A stretch of 64,000 nucleotides of DNA from Smithellaceae bacterium (lineage in GTDB: Bacteria > Desulfobacterota > Syntrophia > Syntrophales > Smithellaceae). Positions 19,073 to 29,443 of the stretch are shown here, in pieces. The notes below the pieces were generated by a model. It was not told the DNA's origin. It saw only the letters and a program-made list of their open reading frames with translations, and did not search any database. Position 1 is the stretch's first letter; the number at the start of each line of letters is the position of its first letter. The translations under genes and the position numbers were made by a program. The stretch covers positions 288,001 through 352,000 of the forward strand of contig CAXXVL010000002.1 in assembly GCA_963667845.2 (NCBI GenBank), given 5' to 3'.

Positions 19073-20203
19073 ATGAAGCCCAGCGCGTCAAAACAGAGAT
19101 CAAAATTAAGAATCGGCGTCCTGTACGGCGGCCGGTCCGGCGAACATGATGTGTCGCTTTGCTCGGCGGCCTCAGTCGTTTCGGCCCTCGATAAGAAAAA
19201 ATACGACGTCATCGCCATCGGCATTGACCGGGACGGCCGCTGGTACGTCCAGGACAAGCCGGAAATCATCCCGGATAAAGCCTTCGGCAAAATCCTGTCT
19301 CTGAAAAAACGGGGCCGGTGGCTCGTCAATCACTTTGAAGAGCAAAACAAACTGCACATTTATAATCTGGAAGCAAATGGCGAAGAGGTCGCAGTCGATC
19401 TGGTCTTTCCCGTTCTGCACGGCACATTCGGTGAGGACGGAACCCTGCAGGGGCTTCTCGAACTGGCCATGGTTCCTTATGTGGGTGTGGATGTGACGGG
19501 CGCCGCCATCGGCATGGATAAAGACGTCGCCAAGCGTCTCCTCGCCGAGGCCGGCATCCCGGTTGTTCCCTGGATCACCATCAGCAGGTCCGAGTGGCGC
19601 AATCTGCCCCGAAAGATTCTGCACCGGGCGCACAAGCAACTTACCCTGCCGCTGTTTGTGAAACCCTTATGCACCGGTTCTTCCGTCGGCATCAAAAAAG
19701 TAAAAACGAACAAAGAGCTGGCTCCGGCTATCGATTATGCCTTCCAGTTCGACACACGCGTCATGATCGAAACCGGAATTGACTGCCGCGAGATTGAATG
19801 CGCCGTATTGGGAAACGAACTTCCCGAGGCATCGGTGGTGGGTGAAATCCTTCCCCGCCACGAATTTTATTCCTATGAAGCCAAGTACCTCGATCCGGAA
19901 GGCGCGCAGATGAACATCCCCGCGAAGCTGCCGGCCAAACTGGCCGCAACCATTCGTGCCTGTGCCGTTGCGGGTTTCCGGGCTCTCAATTGCAATTCCA
20001 TGGCCCGCGTGGATTTCTTTCTGGATAAGAAGACCAACGCGTTCTATCTTAATGAAGTCAACACCCTGCCCGGTTTCACCAGCATCAGCATGTATCCCAA
20101 GCTCTGGGAGGCCACCGGTCTTCCCTATAGCCGGCTTTTGGATAAGCTGATCGTTCTGGCCATTTTACGTCATCGGGAAAAGTTATCGATCAAAACGGAT
20201 TGA
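19073..20203 (+). CDS. ddl: D-alanine--D-alanine ligase
   Basis: GGRSGEHDVS, FPVLHGTFGEDG, GSSVG, FYSYEAKY, NEVNTLPGFT. Confidence 0.96.
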   Translation: MKPSASKQRSKLRIGVLYGGRSGEHDVSLCSAASVVSALDKKKYDVIAIGIDRDGRWYVQDKPEIIPDKAFGKILSLKKRGRWLVNHFEEQNKLHIYNLEANGEEVAVDLVFPVLHGTFGEDGTLQGLLELAMVPYVGVDVTGAAIGMDKDVAKRLLAEAGIPVVPWITISRSEWRNLPRKILHRAHKQLTLPLFVKPLCTGSSVGIKKVKTNKELAPAIDYAFQFDTRVMIETGIDCREIECAVLGNELPEASVVGEILPRHEFYSYEAKYLDPEGAQMNIPAKLPAKLAATIRACAVAGFRALNCNSMARVDFFLDKKTNAFYLNEVNTLPGFTSISMYPKLWEATGLPYSRLLDKLIVLAILRHREKLSIKTD

Positions 20204-20283
20204 GCAATCGGCCAGGGTTTCACCTGCCGCAGTCACATTGGATGAACGGATTTGTCTGAGGGAAAAAGCCTCCGTTCCTTCCA

Positions 20284-21069
20284 TCAGGGCGGGGGACAAA
20301 CCGACTTGTAGTAGTCTCCGGGCCCGCAAACATTACTCCATCCTGCAATAGGCGGAGCGCAGCAGCGCTGGGTCACGCAACGCGTAAAGCTGTTCGGTGC
20401 GATGGTAACCACACAGACGCCATTTTCCATGTGCGAACTGACGTGGGCTATTTTGCTCGTCTTCGTGCCCTTGCCGAAGTAGGCATCCCCAACCGTGAAC
20501 CCGCAATTGGCATTAAAAACGAACTGGTCTCCCGAATTGTCCGGATTCTGAGGCGGTCCCTTCTGGATGGGAATCCCCGGCTCCCGGTCCCAGTACCAGA
20601 GATTGACCTGGATGCCCAGACCAGAAGGCACTGCCAGATTGAGCCGATAGGTCGGGCTCATGCCCGCCGGGATGTCGATCTGGCCTGCAGGAGTCGATCC
20701 GGACGGCATGAAGATCTTGACCGATTTGTTTCCGGGCAGCGGACAGATACTGGAGGTGTGATCGATGAGATTATTGATCTTGAAGGCCAGGAATCCTTCC
20801 TGGCCGTCCAGGATTCCATCGCCGTCCGAGTCCGGGTTTTTGGGATCGGTCCCGTAAAAAATAACTTCCTGTCCATCCGTCAGACCGTCATTGTCCGTAT
20901 CCGCATTAAAAGGATCGGTGCCATAGATGTCGATCTCTTCGGCATCGCTGAGGCCGTCGCCGTCCGAGTCCAGCACTTGTGCTCCTCCGCAGCCGCCCGT
21001 CCATATCACAAACCAAACGAGCAGCCCCAAAAAAATGACGCAGCCTCTGAGTTTCATGTCAGCATTCAT
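20284..21069 (-). CDS. Lipoprotein with bacterial TSP3-like Ca-binding repeats and Cys-rich C-terminal domain
   Basis: TGGC lipobox; three D[ST]D[GN]DG[LI]xDxxE units; eight further Cys. Confidence 0.8.
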   Translation of the reverse strand: MNADMKLRGCVIFLGLLVWFVIWTGGCGGAQVLDSDGDGLSDAEEIDIYGTDPFNADTDNDGLTDGQEVIFYGTDPKNPDSDGDGILDGQEGFLAFKINNLIDHTSSICPLPGNKSVKIFMPSGSTPAGQIDIPAGMSPTYRLNLAVPSGLGIQVNLWYWDREPGIPIQKGPPQNPDNSGDQFVFNANCGFTVGDAYFGKGTKTSKIAHVSSHMENGVCVVTIAPNSFTRCVTQRCCAPPIAGWSNVCGPGDYYKSVCPPP

Positions 21070-21092
21070 GCAAAACGGACCTCGAAACACGC

Positions 21093-21154
21093 AATCCACA
21101 ACCTCGCGGCAAGCGACAGGGAATTAACGCTCGTCCCGCGTGAGCGGGATTGAA
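21093..21154 (+). repeat. Dispersed MITE/REP-like element, copy 3 (short form)
   Basis: AATCCACAACCTCGCGGCAAGCGACAGGGAATTAACGCTCGTCCCGCGTGAGCGGGATTGAA. Confidence 0.8.
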
Positions 21155-21196
21155 GGCAGCAAAGATGAATGTTGAACTACCGCCTTTCACGGGGCC

Positions 21197-21225
21197 AGAA
21201 TAGGAAAATATTTTGTTTGAGTCAA
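21197..21225 (-). promoter_or_regulatory. Putative sigma70 promoter of the TSP3-repeat lipoprotein
   Basis: TTGACT-17 nt-TATTCT. Confidence 0.5.
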
Positions 21226-21314
21226 GGCATTCTATCCTCGGAAATTCCTGACGCGGCGGCCTCGCCAAAAGAACGCAATCTCTTACAGGGGCTCTTTTGC
21301 GGGAGCGAACTCCT

Positions 21315-23339
21315 TTATCTGCTTTCACCGGCGACGGGAGGTTTGGCTTTCACGGCAAAGACAGCGTTTGCCGGACCTGCAAATTCAATATAGCTGCCGC
21401 TGGCGGCATAAACGGCGCCCGTGTCGATCGCGCTGTCATAGGTTGCAGTACCTTCCGCCGAGAAGACGATGATTCTGCCCCGCTGGGGTTTAATGAAACT
21501 TAAGACCGCATCTTCAGTCGCCGCCCGCCATTCGTTATATCCATCACCGTTTATCTTTACGAGATTCTCACCGCCTTTGAGCGCTCGGCAGCATGCGGCC
21601 GGACTGTATAGCAAATCCGAAATCCATGCCCAGGTGGCTCCATCCTTTTCAAAAAGAGTCAGTTCCGACTGGTCGCGGACGGAGTCGAAAGGCATCCCCG
21701 CGAATTCCGGGGAATCGATCCTCTTGATCCCGCGAAAATAAACATATCCCGGCAGCTCATTGTACGATAAAGATTTTGCAATATGCGACTCTACAGCCAT
21801 GAGCCCCTCTGCGGGGGAAACGTTGCGCCGGAACCAAACCGCACCGTCCATTTCGGTTTTAAGGCGCGCGGGCTTTTCCACCGGCTTTATTTTCTGCATG
21901 GTAATGACATCGATCCCGGCCCACGGCGGACTCGCCACCAGATAGACTTCCTTCCCGATACCGGCAAAATAGAAGCGGTCGCCCTGGGCGTCATAATAAT
22001 AGCCATTATTATAGACAAATGAAATTGCCGGTATTTTCTCCTGACCTTTAAAAAGGTATACGGTGGCGTTGTTTTTGTCCGCATCAAACGCGATCTGCCC
22101 GAATTTCCCGTCGCTTCCGTAATAACCGGCGAACGAAGCATCTTCGGACGGCCATTTCTGAACCTGGGGAGGCACCCGGATGGTTTTTCCCGCTTCGGGA
22201 ATGAGTTTCTTCTCCACCAGAACCGCATCGAGCACATCCAGCGCTATTTTCATCGCTCCGCTTTCCGCACCGGAGGCCATGACAGCAACCGATATTCTTT
22301 TGTCCGGGACGGTGTAAACCATCGAAGAGTAGTTTCCCGTACCGCCGCTCTTTCCCAATATCTGCACACCGGCCGCGTCATACCGCGGAAATCCCGTCAG
22401 ATCCCAGCCGAGCCCGTAAGAGAATTCGGGATTTCTCAGCTTGCCCCAAAACGCTGAAGGCTGCGCCTTCCTCATCTCATCTTGCGAAGCTTTCCGCAAA
22501 AGTCCGGTATTTGCTGAGAAACTATCCGAAAAACGGCAGAGTTCCCCGGCGGTGGCGGATAACCCGCCCGCGCCGAGAACTGAAAGCGATTCCAGAGGAT
22601 GAACTTTACCGGTTTTGGCGTCGTAATACATTGCGACCGTTTTGCCCTTGGTGTCCGCCACGCCCATACCCGTATCTTTCAGACCCAGGGGCTTAAATAT
22701 CCGTTCATTCAAAAACACGATATATTTCTTTCTACTGATGCGCTCCACGATCATTTCCGCCAGGGTAAATCCGTCATTGCAGTATACGGCCATCGCTCCC
22801 GGGTCATGCTTCAAGCGGGCGCGGGCCAGCGTAGCAATTGTTTCGCGCTTGATCCTGTCATCGTATTTAAATCCGAACGAATTCGACCCTTCCGTTCCCG
22901 GCAGGCCCGATGTGTGGTTCAAAAGCATCCGGACCGTGATTTTCTTATAACGCTCGTCGGCCATCTTGAATTCGGGAAGATAGTCCGTGACCGGTTTGTC
23001 CAGTGAAACTCTGCCGTCGTCGACGAGCAGCATGATTGCCGTTGCCGCATACACCTTGCTGATCGAACCGATATTAAAGAGTGTCGCCGGCGTAACCGGC
23101 ATGCTCTTCTCCCGGTTGGCCATGCCAAATCCTTCGGCATACACGACCTTACCGCGAACCATGACGGCAATGACGGCACTCCCGCACTTGCCGCTGTTAA
23201 TGGCCTGCCATATTTCGCTACGGGCGACCGTTCTGGCGCGTTCATAGGAGTGATCCGACATCGCCGTCCCGTCCGCTGCCATTGCAGCGACCAGTATAAA
23301 GCTCAGACACATCATCCCGATCATTCTGTTTATAGACAC
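21315..23339 (-). CDS. Exported serine hydrolase, beta-lactamase class C / AmpC-like family
   Basis: SISK (SxxK), LLNHTSGL, YCN, KSGG; GTG start after AAGGAGG. Confidence 0.9.
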   Translation of the reverse strand: MSINRMIGMMCLSFILVAAMAADGTAMSDHSYERARTVARSEIWQAINSGKCGSAVIAVMVRGKVVYAEGFGMANREKSMPVTPATLFNIGSISKVYAATAIMLLVDDGRVSLDKPVTDYLPEFKMADERYKKITVRMLLNHTSGLPGTEGSNSFGFKYDDRIKRETIATLARARLKHDPGAMAVYCNDGFTLAEMIVERISRKKYIVFLNERIFKPLGLKDTGMGVADTKGKTVAMYYDAKTGKVHPLESLSVLGAGGLSATAGELCRFSDSFSANTGLLRKASQDEMRKAQPSAFWGKLRNPEFSYGLGWDLTGFPRYDAAGVQILGKSGGTGNYSSMVYTVPDKRISVAVMASGAESGAMKIALDVLDAVLVEKKLIPEAGKTIRVPPQVQKWPSEDASFAGYYGSDGKFGQIAFDADKNNATVYLFKGQEKIPAISFVYNNGYYYDAQGDRFYFAGIGKEVYLVASPPWAGIDVITMQKIKPVEKPARLKTEMDGAVWFRRNVSPAEGLMAVESHIAKSLSYNELPGYVYFRGIKRIDSPEFAGMPFDSVRDQSELTLFEKDGATWAWISDLLYSPAACCRALKGGENLVKINGDGYNEWRAATEDAVLSFIKPQRGRIIVFSAEGTATYDSAIDTGAVYAASGSYIEFAGPANAVFAVKAKPPVAGESR

Positions 23340-23464
23340 GACTCCCTCCTTTTCTTTTTCCGGGCAGATTTTGTCCGGCATGTTGCGACGTAAGAAGAGT
23401 AACTTTACTTGCCAATAAATAGGACCCTGAAATCCCGGGTCCGAAAATCACGGTAACTGCCTCG

Positions 23465-24574
23465 CTATTTCCCGCTCAGCGCTTTCATCATCGCCCGGAC
23501 GGCTTTCATTTGGGGAGCGTCCTTCGTCAGGTATGAGTCCTTCGCACCGCCGAGATATCCCCACCAGTCAAAGCAGCCGTTGGGATTCATCTTATTTTTT
23601 TGCGCCTGAGGATAAAGCACAATGAGGTGATTGGTATTGGCCCATTCATTATAGCCTGCGTGGAGGACCATCTGCAGGCCAAAGGCCCTGCCGCCTTGGG
23701 CCAGATCCCTTCCTTCAGGGTCGTGATTATAGATCTGCCGGCAGCCGTGAAACACCACGTGAATCCGGCATGCCTCACCTCTTTGACAGGATTGGGGAAC
23801 GTAGGCATAGCCGAATTCATTCAGGCTGGTTCGCCGCGCCATATCCTCCGCATTCGCCGCCGGCGGATCGACAAAGTCTTTTTGCGCAAATTCGATTATT
23901 TTTCCGCCGGCATGCGCCACAGGTGCCGGTGGATTCAGAGCCCCGTAAATATGTTTTAACGCCTCGCCCGCGCCATCGTAACGGCAGGCGCTCATCCAGG
24001 GCGGAGCGCTCACCGTGTCACAGGGATTCCCATAGCCGATCGTAGGCAGAGCATGTCCCGCGAGGATGGTGTTCTCATAGCGAAGACGGGCGGGCGGCAG
24101 ACCCAGTTTCAGAAACTCGTCTCGCGCCCGGTCCACAACGCCCGGACGAACCGTCTGGTCGAGCCGGCCGCTCACGAGAAAAATTTTTTTTGTTTTCAGA
24201 TTTTCCAGTGGGTCGATGCGTCCCCGGCTCGCAAGGGCACGGGCGCTTGCAACGAGCTCGGACAGAACGTCGTCTGTGAGGAGATCGGGGACCGACATGC
24301 AATCCCTGACGGCTTTGAAGACATCTCCGCGCGCACAGCCATAAGGTCCGCCGGCAAAAACGCCGACGCCGGACATTATCCCGGAATAGGCCACAAAAAA
24401 TTGATTGGCAAAAAAACCTCCGGCAGACAATCCGGAGACGGAACTCTCCCGGATATCGATATGGTATCGCCCCAGGTTTTCGCGCACGGGTTGAATGTCG
24501 TCGGCCGCTGCGCTCCCGGCCGCCAAAGCCGCAATACATAACGCCAAACAGATGCCCGAAAGACGTCTGATCAT
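23465..24574 (-). CDS. Extracellular poly(3-hydroxybutyrate) depolymerase-like esterase
   Basis: Signal peptide, VSGLSAGG, AGGPYGC, HVVFHGC, NPNGCFDWWGY. Confidence 0.88.
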   Translation of the reverse strand: MIRRLSGICLALCIAALAAGSAAADDIQPVRENLGRYHIDIRESSVSGLSAGGFFANQFFVAYSGIMSGVGVFAGGPYGCARGDVFKAVRDCMSVPDLLTDDVLSELVASARALASRGRIDPLENLKTKKIFLVSGRLDQTVRPGVVDRARDEFLKLGLPPARLRYENTILAGHALPTIGYGNPCDTVSAPPWMSACRYDGAGEALKHIYGALNPPAPVAHAGGKIIEFAQKDFVDPPAANAEDMARRTSLNEFGYAYVPQSCQRGEACRIHVVFHGCRQIYNHDPEGRDLAQGGRAFGLQMVLHAGYNEWANTNHLIVLYPQAQKNKMNPNGCFDWWGYLGGAKDSYLTKDAPQMKAVRAMMKALSGK

Positions 24575-24759
24575 ATTCCACCTCCAGGTTAAAACCGCAT
24601 CCTCGCCTCAGACAAGTCGACTCTCACCTGCAGCCGGCAAAGGCTTGTGCGTCAGCCATGAGGGAAGGCAATGATGCCGACGTCTGCAACAAAGCGCCGC
24701 TCTTGAAGACGACGGAGCAAAGAGCAATAGAGACCGGATTCAGGAAGCCGCCGGGCCAG

Positions 24760-25929
24760 CTATGGAGCGGCAGCCCAGAACAGGGGCTGCGTCCAGGCCT
24801 TGATGCCGTTCTTCCCTGTCACGACTACGCGAACATAGCTGTCTGCGCCTTGAACCTGATATTGGCCGAAAGGTCCCGCGACACGCAAAAGCAGATTTCC
24901 GTTTTGCCCGATAAAGTCAACGGTTTCACCGTTTCTGGATTCGATATAAATCACGCCGCCGACATAGTCGAGCCGCGCCAGTTCAACTCCCGTGCTGGCG
25001 TAGAAAGAACCTTTTTCCAGTCCCAGCCGGATGCCGGCCAGATTCAACGCTTCTGCCTGAATCATGATCCATCCCTTGCCGATTTCATCGTCACGATGTG
25101 CATCGTCCGCCGCCACGCCGTACCAGAGGCTGCCCGCGCTCAACACGCCGTCCCAGAGCGTCTGATTGTCATGATATTTCTGCAATTCACACGACGTGTT
25201 GTAAATTTCCATCAGATTGAGGCCGGTCAGGGCCAGAAGCTCGGGCAAGGTCCAGGGGGCGACCCAAACAGGGTGATCCAGCATCGGCAAGGCGCCGGAG
25301 CCGATGATGTCCGGGAGAAAATCCGCGGGCTGGCGGTCCGCCGGATCTATCACGCGCGTCGCAAACAGGACATTCACATGCCGGACACTGGCGGGAGTCA
25401 CTTCTTCGCCGGGAATGACCAGCATCCCGGCCGGAGCAGCCTCTGGGGTAATCTTATTGTGATCCGTGATAAATAGAACGTCGTAACCGAGAGTATGATA
25501 CCGGGATACAATTTCCGCGGGAGTGAATGATCCGTCACTCTGCGTCGTATGGACATGCACGTTGGTCTTGAACCGCGGACGCTCATCCACCGGAATGGCT
25601 GTTGCGATGAGGGTGATGTCGCCGGCAATCACCGGACTTCCGGAAGACGGGGCGGCATCACCGGCCAGCCGGATCTGCAGATCTTTATATCCTGCGGATA
25701 AAGAAAAAGCATAAGCGAAAGCCGTATCTCTCTTTTGGGAATACACGCCCGGGGCGGTTCCTGCGACACCTCTTCCGCAGAAAACTTGAACAGTGACATT
25801 TTCCGGCAACGGCGCCGGCGCCGCGCTTCCTCCGCCTCCGCCTCCTCCGCAGCCTGCGACAACACCGGAAACGAGGATGATAAAGAAGAACAAAGCGGTT
25901 TTCAGAACGATTCGCAAATGCCTCGGCAT
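24760..25929 (-). CDS. PHP-family (CehA/McbA-like) metallohydrolase lipoprotein
   Basis: VAGC lipobox, HVHTTQSDG, ITDHN, GEE, DHP, ADDAH. Confidence 0.88.
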   Translation of the reverse strand: MPRHLRIVLKTALFFFIILVSGVVAGCGGGGGGGSAAPAPLPENVTVQVFCGRGVAGTAPGVYSQKRDTAFAYAFSLSAGYKDLQIRLAGDAAPSSGSPVIAGDITLIATAIPVDERPRFKTNVHVHTTQSDGSFTPAEIVSRYHTLGYDVLFITDHNKITPEAAPAGMLVIPGEEVTPASVRHVNVLFATRVIDPADRQPADFLPDIIGSGALPMLDHPVWVAPWTLPELLALTGLNLMEIYNTSCELQKYHDNQTLWDGVLSAGSLWYGVAADDAHRDDEIGKGWIMIQAEALNLAGIRLGLEKGSFYASTGVELARLDYVGGVIYIESRNGETVDFIGQNGNLLLRVAGPFGQYQVQGADSYVRVVVTGKNGIKAWTQPLFWAAAP

Positions 25930-25966
25930 GTAACCTCCATTGGGATATTCGCATCAAGTTGCGGCA

Positions 25967-27760
25967 TTAATTTTCGAGACTGTCCTTGGCGCAGGTAATT
26001 GCCAGACGCCACTCGGTCCCGTGCAGGTTTACCGTCCGCCAGTAGATTACTTTCGGTATCGGCGCTTCTCCCACCTTCCGGTAAAAATCGTAAGAATCTT
26101 TCCCGTCAGCGGCGGCAACCATCTTGCGGGCCAGAGCGATCACGGCCGGAAAGGGCTGGTACAACGGATCCGTAAAGGCATTGCGTCCGATTTGTTTTGC
26201 ATCCACGTCATAGATAATCAGGCCGTCGGTCTGCATGAGAAATATTTCTACGGGAAGATTGGATTGAACCGGTCCGATAATGCCGGCGAGCAGATATTCG
26301 GGAGCAAAAAGCGCCGCTACCGAACCGTCAAACCGCCGGCCGACGGAAAGAACCGGATGATGAATGACCACCGCCTGGGGCCCTTCGACGGAACGGAACG
26401 ATCCGCTGAACACCGGCCGATGCGTTTTGAACAGTTTGATCATGTGCGCCTGCCTGCTGATATCAGCCCCTTCGGACGTCCGATGGGCGGCCGGTTCCAC
26501 AGCCACCATGATCCCCTTGTTGCTCACGGTCTCGCAGTCGATAATGTAAGGATTCGCCGCGTAAAATTTCTTCAGAACCGTTCTGGCTTCACTGCCTTTC
26601 AAGTCCCTGCCCGATAGATCGCGCGCGCTTTGCCTGAGGTCGGTATCCACCTTTTCCAGCACCGCCCCGATCTCGGAGTGCATCCGCTCCAGAATCACCT
26701 GCAGGTCGTCCCGGGACAGCAGGGTTTTGTGCCTGGTGGTTTTGGGCACAGCCAGTTCTCCCGCAATAATTTTTGCCCGCAACGTAAGGACTTTTTCATA
26801 GATGCCGGCGGGGATCATTTTCCTGTTCCGGTCGTTATAAACAAAGCCCACGCCGTTTTCCCTGAGTCCGAAAGTCTTCAGACCTCCGGTGAAGTTACCC
26901 TGAACCAGGGAACGGACGCTTTCCAGAACCGCCACATCGATATTCTTGGTCATGCTCGTCAGAATGAATCCGGGCGCCTGCGAACTTTGATCAACATCCA
27001 CGCCGATGGCCAGCCGGTTCATTTCACGCGCCGCCCGGAACACCCCCGCGCCCGTCGAGCCCGATGCATGGTAGATAATATCCGCACCGTCCTGATACAT
27101 GCGGGTAGCCAGACGGTATCCTTTGGCCGGATCGCTGAAGGCATGACCCGTAATTCCCGCATACTTGGAAAATACGCGAATGCCCGGACGGACGGCACTT
27201 GCGCCCGCCTGATAGCCCGCCTGAAATTTGCGGATAATTGGACTGTCCATGCCGCCGACAAAACCGATTTTACCCGTTTTGCTTGTGAGGGCCGCCAGCG
27301 CTCCCACCAGATAAGACCCTTCCTCTTCTTTGAAGGTCAGCCCGGCCAGATTGGCCGGCAGTGGAATGTTCCGGCCCTTGTCGTCAACCTTCACACTATA
27401 GTCAATACAGACAAATTTCTTGTCGGGATATTTTGCGGCCAGTTGATTAAACTTTTCGGAAAAGGCAAATCCGACGCCGATGATCATTGCCGCATCGGAT
27501 GCCGCCGCCTCATGGACGGCTTGTTCCAATTCCAGGCTTCTCTTGTGCTCAACGTACACAGCCTTAACGCCCAGTTCGGCAGCGGCCTTTTCCAATCCCC
27601 GGTATGCCGAATCATTGAATCCGCCGTCTCCGCGGCCGCCGATATCAAAGATGAGCGTGACTTTGAATGGCTTTGGATTTTGCGCAGGCGTTTCCTACAC
27701 CGTAACCAGAGAAACAAACAGAATCAGTATCAGCACAGAAGCCAGCAGGATTTTTTTCAT
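25967..27760 (-). pseudogene. BMP family substrate-binding protein fused to a Cache-like domain, interrupted by in-frame TAG at codon 22
   Basis: MKKILLASVLILILFVSLVTV-TAG(27695-27697)-ETPAQ...GGRGDGGFNDSAYRGL; FKEEEGSYLVG, AIGVDVDQ; C-terminal Cache-like GADISRQ...GSFRSVEG. Confidence 0.8.
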
Positions 27761-27883
27761 TATTCGCTCTCACTCCTTATCGTCTCTAACGGAGCGTTTC
27801 CCCACGCTGCGGGTAACGCTCACAGAAAGGAAGAATTGCCATACAGTGTCAGGATGGGGCAATACGCAGGCAGAGTCTTCCTG

Positions 27884-28750
27884 TTATTTCTTCGTCTTCA
27901 CCACCGCGGTCCCTTCGGAAAATTCCGCGGGAATATCGGTTTGCCCCTGCGATGCCGCCTGGATCTTGATGCTCCGGGTTTTGATCCCGATGTCCTTCGA
28001 CCTTGTTTTGACGGCATAGACACTGCCTTCGTCTTTCAGCTTCAAATCGCCCAGCTGCGTGACGCTGGCATAAATGATGATGTTTTCCTCGCCGAAGGGC
28101 GGGTTCACTTCGAGTTCAAATTTATCATTCCCGGACGGGATCTCATAAACCACACCGCCCTGAAAATAATTGTCCTGACGATAAGGATTGGGCAGGAGCT
28201 GCAAATGGTTTTTCGCCGCATCCCGGTAAATCACCCGGGCAAAGAACGGCTTGTTCCCTCTGAGGTAAATCCTGATTTTTTCACCGGCGCGATAGTCGGG
28301 CTTATCCGTCCAGACTTTCACCGTAAGCGGCAGAGACGGATCATCGATAACGGCGTCTTTGGCCTTTGCAGCCGCCTTCTTCATCGCCTTCTCATCCGGA
28401 ACGACTTCAGTCTTGATTTTGATCTTGTAGCAGTCGCCCGTCGCCGGATCTTTAAACCAGCCCTTTTCCAGTTCTTCGATGACGGTCACTGTCGCATTGG
28501 CATAAGCGGCTACGAGGTCTTTTTGAAGTTCGAAATCTTTCACTTCGGTTGCGGATGACACATAGGTCTTGACCGCTTCGACGGCATTCCTTTTTGCTTC
28601 GGTCAGGGCCAGGGTTTCCGTCTGCTTGCGTGATTTGTCATCCCCCATGCAGGCGGAGCCTTCCGCAACCTTAATCGTGGATTGCGCGGCATGCAGCGGC
28701 GCGCCGATCAAAAAAAGACAAACGATTAGAAAATAAACTATTTTACGCAT
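27884..28750 (-). CDS. Exported DUF4384-like domain protein
   Basis: Signal peptide; VWTDKPDYRAGEKIRI, QLLPN, PPFGEENI. Confidence 0.8.
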   Translation of the reverse strand: MRKIVYFLIVCLFLIGAPLHAAQSTIKVAEGSACMGDDKSRKQTETLALTEAKRNAVEAVKTYVSSATEVKDFELQKDLVAAYANATVTVIEELEKGWFKDPATGDCYKIKIKTEVVPDEKAMKKAAAKAKDAVIDDPSLPLTVKVWTDKPDYRAGEKIRIYLRGNKPFFARVIYRDAAKNHLQLLPNPYRQDNYFQGGVVYEIPSGNDKFELEVNPPFGEENIIIYASVTQLGDLKLKDEGSVYAVKTRSKDIGIKTRSIKIQAASQGQTDIPAEFSEGTAVVKTKK

Positions 28751-28766
28751 AGAACCTCCAGGGCAG

Positions 28767-28867
28767 TTTAATCCCGCTTTGCGGGACGAGCGTTAATTCT
28801 CCGCAGCGAGCTTAGCAACAACGACGTTCATTTCATACCCCGACAGCTTGCTGCGAGGCGGGTGATT
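28767..28867 (-). repeat. Dispersed MITE/REP-like element, copy 4 (long form)
   Basis: Reverse complement of copy 1: TTTAATCCCGCTTTGCGGGACGAGCGTTAATTC...CAGCTTGCTGCGAGG. Confidence 0.85.
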
Positions 28868-29070
28868 TGACCTTAAATATGATCAGCGGAAAATCCGCTC
28901 GAGCAAAATCGGCTCGAAACATCGATTATTTGTTTATACCTTTTTGCAAATTCCGGCAACTGGTCTTCCACAGGAGCCCCGGTTGGAAATTACCAGTGCC
29001 TTCTTGACGCCGGTTTGTGCGCGGTCATGCGGCCGGACCAACAGCATTTAGAGATAATCGGGAAAAGAAT

Positions 29071-29099
29071 TTGACGGATTGCCGGAACTGTCCTATAGT
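29071..29099 (+). promoter_or_regulatory. Sigma70 promoter of small Cys-rich gene
   Basis: TTGACG-17 nt-TATAGT. Confidence 0.6.
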
Positions 29100-29165
29100 T
29101 TTTACCACTGAAGCGCCCCTCCGGAAACAAGTGTCGGCGTGATACATCATGAGCGAGGTAAGAAA

Positions 29166-29330
29166 ATGAAGAAAATATTTTATTCCGTATTGATGGCTCT
29201 GGTCATCTTATCCGCGACAGCCATCAGCACCTTGAACGTATATTCCAATCCACCCGAGCCGAAATGTGTCTGCGCCGAGTGCGGCAGGCCTTGCGGCAGC
29301 GGCCACGCGTCGAACTGCTCGTCCAAATAG
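29166..29330 (+). CDS. Small secreted Cys-rich peptide (54 aa)
   Basis: GAGG RBS, signal peptide MKKIFYSVLMALVILSATA, CVCAECGRPCGSGHASNC. Confidence 0.7.
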   Translation: MKKIFYSVLMALVILSATAISTLNVYSNPPEPKCVCAECGRPCGSGHASNCSSK

Positions 29331-29443
29331 AATCGGCCATGACTCTCTTTGGCCCCGGAACATCGCAGAGGCACGTTTATCGCTTTTGCTGCCGTATCGC
29401 GAGAAAGGATGAAGAACGGTTTCTTTTTATTTGGAGTGAACCT

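Noticed and set aside
21315..23339. Antibiotic-resistance beta-lactamase call
   Set aside because: Motifs show only family membership; the long C-terminal extension fits a general serine hydrolase or peptidase
26630..28558. 642-aa plus-strand ORF
   Set aside because: Antisense shadow of the BMP and DUF4384 genes with no recognisable motifs
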